A stretch of DNA of 43,755 bases, from NCBI GenBank assembly GCA_903904655.1, contig CAIVDK010000419.1, forward strand, positions 1 through 43,755. Reading direction: 5' to 3'. Each line of letters begins with the position of its first letter. Position 1 is the stretch's first letter. The stretch is from an uncultured delta proteobacterium. Its GTDB lineage: Bacteria; Desulfobacterota; Syntrophia; Syntrophales; Smithellaceae. A model generated the notes under the pieces. That model did not search any database. It saw nothing but the letters and a program-made list of their open reading frames with translations, and had not been told where the DNA came from. Below are positions 1 through 8,490 of this stretch, piece after piece. Both the position numbers and the translations under genes were made by a program.

Positions 1-35
1 AGAAGGTGTCGTGGATAGCCGGAACCGTCTTGATT

Positions 36-1709
36 CTACGACTCAGAACAAACCCTGTCTTTCCCGTTCTTTTTCCCCTGGTACATGAGTTGGTCAATCC
101 GGTGCACGAAAGCCTTCATATCTTCCTGTGGTTTGTACTGGCCAAGCCCGATGCTCACCGTCACATGGACGTCCTGACCGGGCGCCGGGGAAAAGATCTC
201 ATCTCTGAATTCCATCCGGATTCTTTCGGCGGTAACAGCGCCGTCCGCACTTGTCGTCATGGGCAAGAGGATGGTGAACTCCTCGCCGCCATAGCGATAG
301 GCGGAATCGGTCTGGCGCAGGCATCGTTTGACCACCTGGCCAAGTCGCGACAAGACCTGGTCTCCTTCGACATGGCCATAGGTGTCGTTAAATGCCTTGA
401 AATCGTCAAGATCGAGGACCAAGAGGGTCAAGGGCTGTCCGTAACGATCTGCCCGATCCATCTCCATCTTGAGTTGATTATGAAAATATCTGGAATTGTA
501 AAGCGAGGTGAGGTCATCGTTAATACTGAGTTCCCGGTATCTCTGTTCGCTTGCCCTCAGGGCCTCCTCCGCTCTTCTGCGGTCGGTGATGTCGACGGAA
601 AAACCGATGATTCCGATAATCCGCCCTTCTTTATCCCTGTAGGGTATCTTATCGGTTTGAACCCACTTTTTGCCAGTGGCGGTCTCCATGGGTTCGACTA
701 TGCCCGTCTTGGGTTTACCCGATGCGATAATTTCCTTGTCGTCTTCCCAATAGGTCGTCGCCTGGGCGGGATAAATTTCAAAGCCTGTTTTGCCCTCCAC
801 TTCTTTCCTGGACAGGCCTGTTTCCTTGGCAAGCGCCTTATTCACACGAATGAATTTATTTTCACGATCCTTGTAAAAGATCATAGTGGGAGACGTATCC
901 AGAATGGTCTGCAACTCTTCGCGATTCTTTTGTAAATCGTAGAAAATGAGACGGTAAGGATTCTCCAGGCCGGTCACGATGATCGCCCTATAAACGAGAT
1001 AGAAGGCAAATATTTTGAAGTAATGACCGATCAGGTTCGATAAGCCGTAGACGCTGATGTAAAAGGTGAAGGCCAGCTCCGAGACGATCGTGAGGACGAT
1101 CGACCAAACCATCAATCGCAAGATTATTGGATCAAACTTCTCGCTGCGGTGTAACAACAAGGCCAAGGAAAGTAACAGGATCAAGCAAATGACGTACTCG
1201 CTGACAATTTTAAAAAGGGTCAGCCCCTGGCCATCGACAAAGCAATCAGGAAACAGCGTGCCGGAAAAGACGGTCGCCAGCAGCAGAAGGGTTACGGAAA
1301 GATAAAAACCGAAAACAACGCGGACGTTCGGCTTTCGATCAAGAAACCATGGCGCGACAAGGAGAGACAGGCTTTGAAGGTAACGGGCGATGATCCATAG
1401 TTGCGTGGGCAGGTTGGCGTCGAATTCCCGAAAAATCCCCATGCCCTTGTAGGCCAGAGTGTGAACAAAATCGATGAGACCTACAAACAAAAAGGCGATA
1501 CTGAGGAACAAAACATAATTATTGGTTGTCAGGTGACGGGTATTCCAGGCGATCATGAAGAGAGAGAAGGCAATGACGATGGAAAAACTTTCCGCGACAA
1601 TATGAAAGAGAACATAGCTGTAGAAGCTTGTCAGATAAAGCCCCGCACACAGCAAAGTCCACGTGATCAGACTCCGGAAATTTTTTTTCATGATTGATCG
1701 CAATGACAC
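36..1709 (-). CDS. Membrane diguanylate cyclase, MASE3-PAS-GGDEF
   Basis: N-terminal multi-TM region with MASE3-like motifs (YVLFHIVAE, DFVHTLAYKGM, LWIIARY, LIGHYFK); PAS (IFYKDRENKFIRVNKA); GGDEF domain with DLDDFKAFND, RxxD I-site (RQTD) and RYGGEEF. Start is GTG 1709 (GAGG upstream) or ATG 1691. Confidence 0.9.
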   Translation of the reverse strand: MSLRSIMKKNFRSLITWTLLCAGLYLTSFYSYVLFHIVAESFSIVIAFSLFMIAWNTRHLTTNNYVLFLSIAFLFVGLIDFVHTLAYKGMGIFREFDANLPTQLWIIARYLQSLSLLVAPWFLDRKPNVRVVFGFYLSVTLLLLATVFSGTLFPDCFVDGQGLTLFKIVSEYVICLILLLSLALLLHRSEKFDPIILRLMVWSIVLTIVSELAFTFYISVYGLSNLIGHYFKIFAFYLVYRAIIVTGLENPYRLIFYDLQKNREELQTILDTSPTMIFYKDRENKFIRVNKALAKETGLSRKEVEGKTGFEIYPAQATTYWEDDKEIIASGKPKTGIVEPMETATGKKWVQTDKIPYRDKEGRIIGIIGFSVDITDRRRAEEALRASEQRYRELSINDDLTSLYNSRYFHNQLKMEMDRADRYGQPLTLLVLDLDDFKAFNDTYGHVEGDQVLSRLGQVVKRCLRQTDSAYRYGGEEFTILLPMTTSADGAVTAERIRMEFRDEIFSPAPGQDVHVTVSIGLGQYKPQEDMKAFVHRIDQLMYQGKKNGKDRVCSES

Positions 1710-1834
1710 CGGTCTATTGCCTCACATTTCCCCAAAAAGGGAACCGGGAGCTTGTCATGATCCTGTCTCTTCCAGATTAAAACCATTCTCCCGGAAGATC
1801 CGCGTCGATAAGCACTTGCTTCTTTATTGAGAAC

Positions 1835-1863
1835 ATTATAATTATTTCGAGATTTTATGTCAA
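1835..1863 (-). promoter_or_regulatory. Consensus sigma70 promoter for the diguanylate cyclase
   Basis: Minus strand reads TTGACA (1863-1858), 17 nt spacer, TATAAT (1840-1835): a perfect consensus. Confidence 0.8.
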
Positions 1864-1890
1864 TCGAAAACAAGCCATCGAAAACAGGCC
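1863..1890. repeat. 14-nt tandem direct repeat
   Basis: ATCGAAAACAAGCC (1863-1876) followed by ATCGAAAACAGGCC (1877-1890), one mismatch. Confidence 0.75.
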
Positions 1891-1996
1891 ACAGGATGCG
1901 GAGTGCATCACCGATGACCGCGTTCGATGTATTCATCCCATCCTTTATTTTTGTTTCATTCGGAAATCCCCGACAGAAACTTCCTGATTAAAATAA

Positions 1997-2025
1997 TTGA
2001 CAAATCCGGTCCTTAGTAATAATAT
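1997..2025 (+). promoter_or_regulatory. sigma70 promoter for the rfaE1 operon
   Basis: TTGACA (1997-2002), 17 nt, TAATAT (2020-2025). Confidence 0.65.
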
Positions 2026-2109
2026 CCCCCAACTTTTTAAATCAAAAATCTAGCGCATACGGCGCTTTTTTCTTTTTAGGATCTTAATTTTTCAGGAGTT
2101 TTTTGACAC

Positions 2110-3099
2110 GTGCATAAGAGGATCGCGAAAAAAAAAGCTTTGGAAATCATTGCGAATTTCCCGAGTTCCGGTGTGCTGGTCGTCGGAGATGTCATGGTCG
2201 ATCATTTCATCTGGGGTAAGGTAGCGCGAGTTTCCCCGGAGGCGCCGGTGCCGGTGGTCGATGTTCAGAAAGACTCTGTGATGCTGGGCGGCTGTACCAA
2301 TGTGCTCAATACGATCTATGCCATGGGCGGCCAGGTTTTTGTGGCCGGTGTGATTGGCGCTGATGATATCGGCAAGGGTTTAATCAAACAGTTGAGAGAC
2401 CGTGACATCGATACGGGCGGTATTATTGTTGAGAAGGGCAGGCCGACAACGCTCAAAACGAGAATTGTCGCACACGGACAGCAAATCGTTCGGTTTGACC
2501 AGGAAAGCAGAAAGCCTATTCCCAGGGCCAGTTGCGATAAAATTCTTGCCTATGTGAAATCTCTGCGCGGCAAGATCGGCGCCATCGTGGTTTCCGATTA
2601 CAGCAAAGGCGTCGTATCCAGAGAGCTGATTGAAGGTATAAAAAGTATTGCCGGGGATTCAAAGATATTTTTGTGCGTTGATCCGAAGCAAAGCGATTTT
2701 TCGATTTACGCGGGCGCCCATGTCATTACGCCCAATCATCATGAAGCCCAGCGCGCCGCCGGTATGGAGATTATCAGCGGGGATGATCTTTTAACGCTGG
2801 GGGGAATGCTGCTTGCAAAATTTGATTTCCAGGCCCTGCTGGTGACGCGGGGTGAAGAAGGCATGAGCCTGTTCGAAAAGGGGCGTAAGATCGACCACAC
2901 GCATTTTCCGGCGCAAGCGAAAGAAGTTTACGATGTGACGGGCGCGGGGGATACCGTCATCGGTGTGCTGGCGCTGGCGCTGGCTGCGCAGGCGAATCTG
3001 AAGGAGGCAACATCTCTGGCCAATCACGCCGCGGGTATTGTTGTGGGTAAGGTGGGAACGTCCACGGTCTCCAGAGAAGAATTGATCAGCGTATTATGA
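2110..3099 (+). CDS. rfaE1: D-glycero-beta-D-manno-heptose-7-phosphate kinase (RfaE domain I, split HldE)
   Basis: PfkB-family motifs: GDVMVDHF, RVSPEAPVPVV, SDYSKG, TPNHHEA, DVTGAGDT. No C-terminal adenylyltransferase domain. GTG start after AGGAG. Confidence 0.92.
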   Translation: MHKRIAKKKALEIIANFPSSGVLVVGDVMVDHFIWGKVARVSPEAPVPVVDVQKDSVMLGGCTNVLNTIYAMGGQVFVAGVIGADDIGKGLIKQLRDRDIDTGGIIVEKGRPTTLKTRIVAHGQQIVRFDQESRKPIPRASCDKILAYVKSLRGKIGAIVVSDYSKGVVSRELIEGIKSIAGDSKIFLCVDPKQSDFSIYAGAHVITPNHHEAQRAAGMEIISGDDLLTLGGMLLAKFDFQALLVTRGEEGMSLFEKGRKIDHTHFPAQAKEVYDVTGAGDTVIGVLALALAAQANLKEATSLANHAAGIVVGKVGTSTVSREELISVL

Positions 3100-3632
3100 G
3101 CAAACCGACGCAGGCCCTGCCGGTCAAACTGGTCTTCAGCGTTTTTGCCCCGGCGGCCGAGATATTAAACGATACCATCAACAGGCTGTCTGCTCTTTAT
3201 AGTCAGCCTGATTTTGTTAGCGAACAGAACCTCTTTGATTATACGGATTATTATAACCCGGAAATGGGGCAGGTGCTTGTCCGGCGTTTTCTGTCGATGG
3301 AAAAGTTAATCCGGCCGGAAGCATTACCGGATATCAAGCTTGCGACGAATGATATTGAAAAAGAATCGGCCGTTGATGCTCGCAGGCACGTGAACATTGA
3401 TCCCGGTTATCTGTCGCAGGCTCATCTGATTCTGGCCACCGGTAAGGGTTATTCGCACAGGCCTTATTTACGTGATGGAATTTACGCGGATCTGACATTG
3501 ATTTATCAGGGAAAGAAGTTTTGTTCTCTGCCCTGGACGTATCCGGATTACGCAGACGAGAAACAGTTATCCATGTTAAGCGCTATCCGGTCGCGGTATT
3601 TATTGCAATTAAAAATGACTGAGCCGATATAG
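3096..3632 (+). CDS. DUF4416 family protein
   Basis: Motifs TDYYxxEMG, RxVNIDPGY, LATGKGYSHRPYL, LPWTYPDY. Overlaps the rfaE1 stop (ATGA). Confidence 0.8.
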   Translation: MSKPTQALPVKLVFSVFAPAAEILNDTINRLSALYSQPDFVSEQNLFDYTDYYNPEMGQVLVRRFLSMEKLIRPEALPDIKLATNDIEKESAVDARRHVNIDPGYLSQAHLILATGKGYSHRPYLRDGIYADLTLIYQGKKFCSLPWTYPDYADEKQLSMLSAIRSRYLLQLKMTEPI

Positions 3633-3662
3633 AACAAAATAATTTCGCAAGAAGGTTTGAAC

Positions 3663-4541
3663 ATGATTAAAAGTATGACCGGTTACGGCCGGGTGGAAAC
3701 GCTTTGTGACGGCCGGAATATTGTGGTGGAAGCCAAATCCGTCAACCATCGCTTTCTGGAAATTGCCCTCAGAATGCCCGCCGCGATTTACCCGCTGGAG
3801 ATGGAGTATAAAAAGAAAGTAGGGGAAAGATTCAAACGAGGCCGCATTGATATTTCGATCCGGTTGGAAGGAGAGGGCGCCGAAACATCCAGGGTGAATT
3901 TGAATATGGAGGTTGCGCGCAACTACTTTGATGTTTTGCTCCGGCTGAAAAATGAATTCAATATACCCGAGCCGATCAGCCTTAAGAACCTCAGCAGTTT
4001 TCGGGATATTTTCACGCCGCCTGCGGAAACACAGTTGGATGCCGCTTTTTTGAATCAGGTGGAGATGACACTGCAAGAAGCGTTGTCGATGCTGGTCAAC
4101 ATGAGGCAGGATGAAGGAATTGCGTTGTTCTCGGATATGCAAATGAGACTTCGGGCCATTGGCGAGACGATGGAAACCGTTCGGTCGCGTGCGCCGCAGG
4201 TCGTGCTGGAGTATCAGAAGCGCCTTGCAGACAGGATTAAGGAGCTGACGGCGGGATTCGATCTTGACGCTGCCCGTCTGGCTCAGGAAGTGGCGCTTAT
4301 GGCGGATCGATGCGATATCACCGAGGAGATTGTCCGGATGCAAAGCCATATAAGCCAGTTTGAAACTCTGCTGCAAAGCGACGAGGCGGAAGGCAGGAAA
4401 ATCGACTTCCTTCTGCAGGAAATGAACCGTGAAATTAATACGATCGGGTCCAAAGGCAATGATGTGGAAATTGCCCGCCTGGTCATTGACGCCAAAAGTG
4501 AACTGGGCAAGTTGCGCGAGCAGGCGCAGAATATCGAGTAG
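3663..4541 (+). CDS. yicC: YicC/YloC family endoribonuclease
   Basis: MIKSMTGYG, KSVNHRFL, GRKIDFLLQEMNREINTIGSK, REQAQNIE. Confidence 0.93.
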   Translation: MIKSMTGYGRVETLCDGRNIVVEAKSVNHRFLEIALRMPAAIYPLEMEYKKKVGERFKRGRIDISIRLEGEGAETSRVNLNMEVARNYFDVLLRLKNEFNIPEPISLKNLSSFRDIFTPPAETQLDAAFLNQVEMTLQEALSMLVNMRQDEGIALFSDMQMRLRAIGETMETVRSRAPQVVLEYQKRLADRIKELTAGFDLDAARLAQEVALMADRCDITEEIVRMQSHISQFETLLQSDEAEGRKIDFLLQEMNREINTIGSKGNDVEIARLVIDAKSELGKLREQAQNIE

Positions 4542-4545
4542 GAAT

Positions 4546-5160
4546 ATGTCGGATCAGGGATTAATCATCGTGCTGTCCGCGCCTTCAGGGGCGGGAAAAA
4601 GCAGTATTTGCCGAAGGTTGCTTGCGGCATGTCCCGAAATTGAATTTTCCGTTTCCTATACATCAAGGACGCCGCGCCCCAATGAGGGGAACGGAAAAGA
4701 TTATCATTTTATTTCCCGTGAAGATTTTCAGCGACGGATTGATCAGGGTGAGTTTGTCGAATGGATAGAGAATTACGGACACTTTTATGGTACGTCCGGC
4801 AAGGCGATGCATGAAGTTTTAGGCAAAGGAAAAGATTTATTGCTCGATATCGAGCCGCGTGGCGCAAAAGAAATTAAGAAAAAATTTAAAGACGGCGTTT
4901 TTGTTTTTGTGCTCCCCCCCTCTTTAGGCGAGCTTCTGAATCGGCTGAAAAAGCGGGGACATGAAAGCCCGGAAGTGATAAAAACACGATTTACACAAGC
5001 CGAGAGTGAATTAAAAGAAGTTTTGTGGTATGACTACACCGTTCTTAACGAAGATCTGGAAACGGCAGCCCGAGAGCTGATCGCGATTTACCGCGCAGAA
5101 AAATGTAAAACAAACCGTTTACACGGTAAAATTGATCGTTTATTAAATCATGTTAGATAG
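4546..5160 (+). CDS. gmk: Guanylate kinase
   Basis: P-loop SAPSGAGKSS, SVSYTSRTPRPNE, YGT. Start taken at ATG 4546, just after the yicC stop. Confidence 0.95.
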   Translation: MSDQGLIIVLSAPSGAGKSSICRRLLAACPEIEFSVSYTSRTPRPNEGNGKDYHFISREDFQRRIDQGEFVEWIENYGHFYGTSGKAMHEVLGKGKDLLLDIEPRGAKEIKKKFKDGVFVFVLPPSLGELLNRLKKRGHESPEVIKTRFTQAESELKEVLWYDYTVLNEDLETAARELIAIYRAEKCKTNRLHGKIDRLLNHVR

Positions 5161-5184
5161 AGATGTTCAGGAGGTATCAGATTC

Positions 5185-5454
5185 ATGGCAAGAATTACAG
5201 TAGAAGATTCCCTATTGGTGGCCGAAACCCGATTTGGTCTGGTGTCACTGGCTTCCAAGCGGGCGCGCCAGTTGCTCAAAGGCTCCAAACCGCTCATGGA
5301 AAGTAAAAACCGGGAAATTGTTCTGGCGCTAAGAGAAATTGCGTCAGGGAGGGTTGTTTACGCCCATCCTGAATATTTAAAAGGATCCCAGGAAGATTTT
5401 AAACCGATTCCGGATAACACAGAGTTCATTGGCGATGAAGAATATCTCGAGTAG
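5185..5454 (+). CDS. rpoZ: RNA polymerase omega subunit
   Basis: MARITVED...RFGLV..ASKRARQL...ALREIA; follows gmk. Confidence 0.93.
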   Translation: MARITVEDSLLVAETRFGLVSLASKRARQLLKGSKPLMESKNREIVLALREIASGRVVYAHPEYLKGSQEDFKPIPDNTEFIGDEEYLE

Positions 5455-6178
5455 AGAGCCCGCAGATAAGCTGATTTTTGCTTTGGATGCCGCCGGATAC
5501 GAGGAGGCTTTATCCTGGATAGAGCTTCTTTCCGGTCATGTGGGCATGTTTAAAGTCGGCAAGGAATTGTTTACATCTGTCGGGCCGAAGATTGTTGAAA
5601 GCATCAAGCAAAGAGGCAGCCGGGTATTTCTGGATTTGAAATTTCACGATATTCCCAATACGGTGGCCCGCGCCGCTGAAGCTGCCGTTGGATTGAATGT
5701 GGATATGTTCAACATCCATGCGGCGGGCGGCAGCAAAATGATTCGGGAAACCGTCGACGCTGTGGCCGCCTGCGCCGAAAAGCGCGGTATCAAAAGCCCC
5801 GTTGTTCTGGCGGTGACGGTGTTGACCAGTTTGAATAACAGCGATCTTGCGGAAATTGGATTCGAAACCACCACGAGTGATTTGGTGCTTCGCCTGGCGA
5901 AAATGGCGCAAAAGTCGGGGGCGTCAGGCGTTGTGGCCTCGCCCCAGGATATTGTTACGCTTCGACGGAATTTGGGAGAAGATTTTGTTATTGTGACGCC
6001 CGGTATCCGTAGCGCCGACGAGCAGGTTTTAGATGATCAAAAAAGGACGCTCAGCGCCTTTGAGGCGATTCAAGCAGGCGCCGATTACATTGTTGTGGGG
6101 AGGCCCATCCGACAGGCCAAAGATCCGCTCACCGCATGCCGCCGGATCATCCAGGAGATTGCCGACGGTCTGGCTTAG
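5435..6178 (+). CDS. pyrF: Orotidine-5'-phosphate decarboxylase
   Basis: FLDLKFHDIPNTV, VTVLTS, VTPGIR, IVVGRPI. Confidence 0.95.
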   Translation: MKNISSREPADKLIFALDAAGYEEALSWIELLSGHVGMFKVGKELFTSVGPKIVESIKQRGSRVFLDLKFHDIPNTVARAAEAAVGLNVDMFNIHAAGGSKMIRETVDAVAACAEKRGIKSPVVLAVTVLTSLNNSDLAEIGFETTTSDLVLRLAKMAQKSGASGVVASPQDIVTLRRNLGEDFVIVTPGIRSADEQVLDDQKRTLSAFEAIQAGADYIVVGRPIRQAKDPLTACRRIIQEIADGLA

Positions 6179-6223
6179 CAAAACAGCATATGATTATTTC
6201 GTTTTGTGAATAGAAGGCAAAGT

Positions 6224-6979
6224 ATGGAGGTCGTTTACGGCATCAATCCCATTAAGATTCTTCTCGCCCAAGAGGCTTCTCCCCTGAAAAAAATTATTAT
6301 TGCTGATGGTCGCGGCGGTTCGTCCGCCAAAGAAATCATAGATGTCGCCCGTCAAAAGAAAATACCGGTGGAACGGAGAGAACGTCCATATCTTGATGAA
6401 TTGACGGGTGGAACGGATCACCAGGGGGTGGTCGGTTTTCGCGATTCATTTGTGTACGCCGAGTTAGACGACTTGTTGAAAAACCGCAATCCTCATTTAT
6501 CACAAGATCTTATTTTAATACTCGACAGCATACTCGATCCGCAAAATCTGGGATCGATTATCCGCAGCGCTCATTGCCTGGGCGCCAATGGCGTGGTCAT
6601 TCCGACCGATCGCGCGGCCTCGGTGACGCCGGCGGTGATTAAAGTGTCTGCCGGCAGTGCCGAACAGCTGCCCATTGCCCGTGTGACAAATTTATCCCAG
6701 ACGATTGATTATTTAAAAGACAAAGGTTTCTGGATTTATGGCGCTGATGTTCAAGGGGGAAAGAACATCAGAGAACAGAATTTTAACTCTCCTGTGGTCT
6801 TGGTTCTGGGTAGTGAAGCCAAGGGAATACGACCGCTGGTAAAGAAGAAATGTGATTTTTTAGTCACGATTCCGATGGCGGGAAATTTTGACTCCTTCAA
6901 TGTCGCTGTTGCCGCAGGGATCATTCAGTATGAAATCTTTCTTAAGCGATGGGACAAAAAAACGAATGATCAGGCTTAA
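6224..6979 (+). CDS. rlmB: 23S rRNA Gm2251 2'-O-methyltransferase (SPOUT)
   Basis: HQGVV, DPQNLGSIIRSA, LGSEAKG, IPMAG..DSFNVAVA. Confidence 0.9.
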   Translation: MEVVYGINPIKILLAQEASPLKKIIIADGRGGSSAKEIIDVARQKKIPVERRERPYLDELTGGTDHQGVVGFRDSFVYAELDDLLKNRNPHLSQDLILILDSILDPQNLGSIIRSAHCLGANGVVIPTDRAASVTPAVIKVSAGSAEQLPIARVTNLSQTIDYLKDKGFWIYGADVQGGKNIREQNFNSPVVLVLGSEAKGIRPLVKKKCDFLVTIPMAGNFDSFNVAVAAGIIQYEIFLKRWDKKTNDQA

Positions 6980-7019
6980 AGCAGGCCGGAAATAAAAGTG
7001 GTATTTTTAATTTAACTTG

Positions 7020-7048
7020 TTGAAACGACATGGAAGATAGTTTATGAT
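7020..7048 (+). promoter_or_regulatory. sigma70 promoter for pilC
   Basis: TTGAAA (7020-7025), 17 nt, TATGAT (7043-7048). Confidence 0.55.
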
Positions 7049-7092
7049 GCATCCGTCAATAAGCAATTCCTTGAAGAGAAAGGTTGTTAGCG

Positions 7093-8301
7093 ATGCCGGT
7101 TTTTCTTTGGGCGGGAACAACGAAAAAGAACGAAGTCAAAAAAGGCGAGATAGAAGCCGCCGATGAGTTGGCTGCTCGTACGCTCTTGAGACGGCAGGGA
7201 TTTAAGTCCATCGATGTTCGAAAACAGCCGAAAGATCTGATGGAGTATCTTCCTTTCCTGGCAGGGGGTGTGAAAGAAAAAGACGTTGTGGTTTTCTGCC
7301 GGATTTTTTCTACGATGATTAATGCCGGCTTGCCGCTCATTCAATGCCTGGATCTGCTGGCCCAGCAGGAGAAAAATAAGGCTTTTGCCAAAATTATCCG
7401 GTCCGTTAAGGAAAATATTGAGGGCGGCACCAGCCTGACGGATGCACTGAAAAAATATCCGAAAGTATTTGATGAACTGTTTGTCAACTTAATTGCTGCC
7501 GGCGAAGCGGGCGGTATTTTGGACGTTGTTTTGGAACGTCTTTCCAATTATCTGGAAAAAGCGATGAAGTTGAAAAGAAAAGTCAAAAGCGCCATGACAT
7601 ACCCGATAGCGGTCCTTGTCATTTCTGTTGCAGTCGTTGCTTTGCTTCTGATCAAAGTTATTCCCGTATTTCAGAAGATGTTTGAAGGTATGGGTGGTGA
7701 GCTTCCCGGTCCGACGGCGATGATCGTGGCGATGAGCGAGTTTGCCCAGACTTATTGGTGGGTGATCTTTGCTGTGATCGTTGTGCTGGTGATTGCCTTT
7801 AATCGATTTTATAAAACAGAGAAAGGCCGCTGGATGATGGATTCGGCCCTGCTCAAAGCGCCGGTTTTCGGACCGGTGTTTAAAAAAGTGGCCGTAGCCA
7901 AGTTCTCACGGACGATGGCGACCATGATGAGCTCCGGCGTGCCGATTTTAGAAGGATTGAATATCGTCAGTAAAACATCGGGCAATGTGGTGGTTGAAAA
8001 TGCTTTAATGAAAACGCGTCAAAGTATCAGCGAAGGCCAGTCTATAGCCGAGCCGCTGGCTGAAACAGGTATTTTCCCGTCGATGGTTGTCCAGATGATT
8101 GCGGTAGGCGAAGCCACCGGTGCTCTGGACTCCATGCTCAATAAAATTGCTGATTTCTATGATGATGAAGTGGATACGGCAGTGGATGCTATGACATCCC
8201 TGTTGGAACCGGTGATGATGGTTTTCCTCGGAGGGATTGTCGGTGGGATGATTGTCGCCATGTATCTGCCGATCTTCAAGATGGCGTCGGTTGTGGGCTG
8301 A
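7093..8301 (+). CDS. pilC: Type IV pilus inner-membrane platform protein (GspF/PilC family)
   Basis: Two T2SSF repeats: STMINAGLPL, AGEAGGILD, KSAMTYP, VGEATGALD, LLEP, AMYLPIF. Confidence 0.92.
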   Translation: MPVFLWAGTTKKNEVKKGEIEAADELAARTLLRRQGFKSIDVRKQPKDLMEYLPFLAGGVKEKDVVVFCRIFSTMINAGLPLIQCLDLLAQQEKNKAFAKIIRSVKENIEGGTSLTDALKKYPKVFDELFVNLIAAGEAGGILDVVLERLSNYLEKAMKLKRKVKSAMTYPIAVLVISVAVVALLLIKVIPVFQKMFEGMGGELPGPTAMIVAMSEFAQTYWWVIFAVIVVLVIAFNRFYKTEKGRWMMDSALLKAPVFGPVFKKVAVAKFSRTMATMMSSGVPILEGLNIVSKTSGNVVVENALMKTRQSISEGQSIAEPLAETGIFPSMVVQMIAVGEATGALDSMLNKIADFYDDEVDTAVDAMTSLLEPVMMVFLGGIVGGMIVAMYLPIFKMASVVG

Positions 8302-8322
8302 AGATGTAAAAGAAGAAAAAAA

Positions 8323-8399
8323 TGGTCGGGATGGCGCGATTTGAACGCGCGACTCCTGCGTCCCGAACGCAGTGCCCTACCAAGCTGGGCCACATCCCG
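8323..8399 (-). tRNA. tRNA-Pro (anticodon CGG)
   Basis: Reverse complement CGGGATGTGGCCCAGCTTGGTAGGGCA-CTGCG-TTCGGGA-CGCAG-GAGTCGCGCGTTCAAATCGCGCCATCCCGACCA folds to a cloverleaf with encoded CCA. Confidence 0.96.
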
Positions 8400-8413
8400 A
8401 CACGGGCAGGGAC

Positions 8414-8440
8414 ATTATAAAATTTATCGCGAAATGTCCA
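8414..8440 (-). promoter_or_regulatory. Probable tRNA-Pro promoter
   Basis: Minus strand TGGACA, 15 nt, TATAAT, then a GC-rich discriminator (GTCCCTGCCCG). The spacer is short. Confidence 0.45.
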
Positions 8441-8490
8441 CATGTTTTTATTTACGATGATATTATATTAGCAAAGAGAGCACCCGACAC

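Noticed and set aside
6-935. 309-aa plus-strand ORF
   Set aside because: Antisense shadow of the GGDEF gene; no recognisable motifs or RBS.
1692-1830. c-di-GMP-I or -II riboswitch call
   Set aside because: The conserved GEMM elements are not recognisable; kept only as an unassigned structured leader.
1688-1936. 82-aa minus-strand ORF upstream of the cyclase
   Set aside because: Runs through the consensus promoter and has no recognisable protein features.
3609-4376. 255-aa minus-strand ORF
   Set aside because: Antisense to yicC; codon-bias shadow.
4429-4545. N-terminal extension of Gmk in the ORF track
   Set aside because: Overlaps the yicC 3' end; homology begins at ATG 4546.
8302-8399. 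tRNA-Pro 3' end as an integration site
   Set aside because: No integrase and no duplicated tRNA 3' end seen; the flanking genes are housekeeping.
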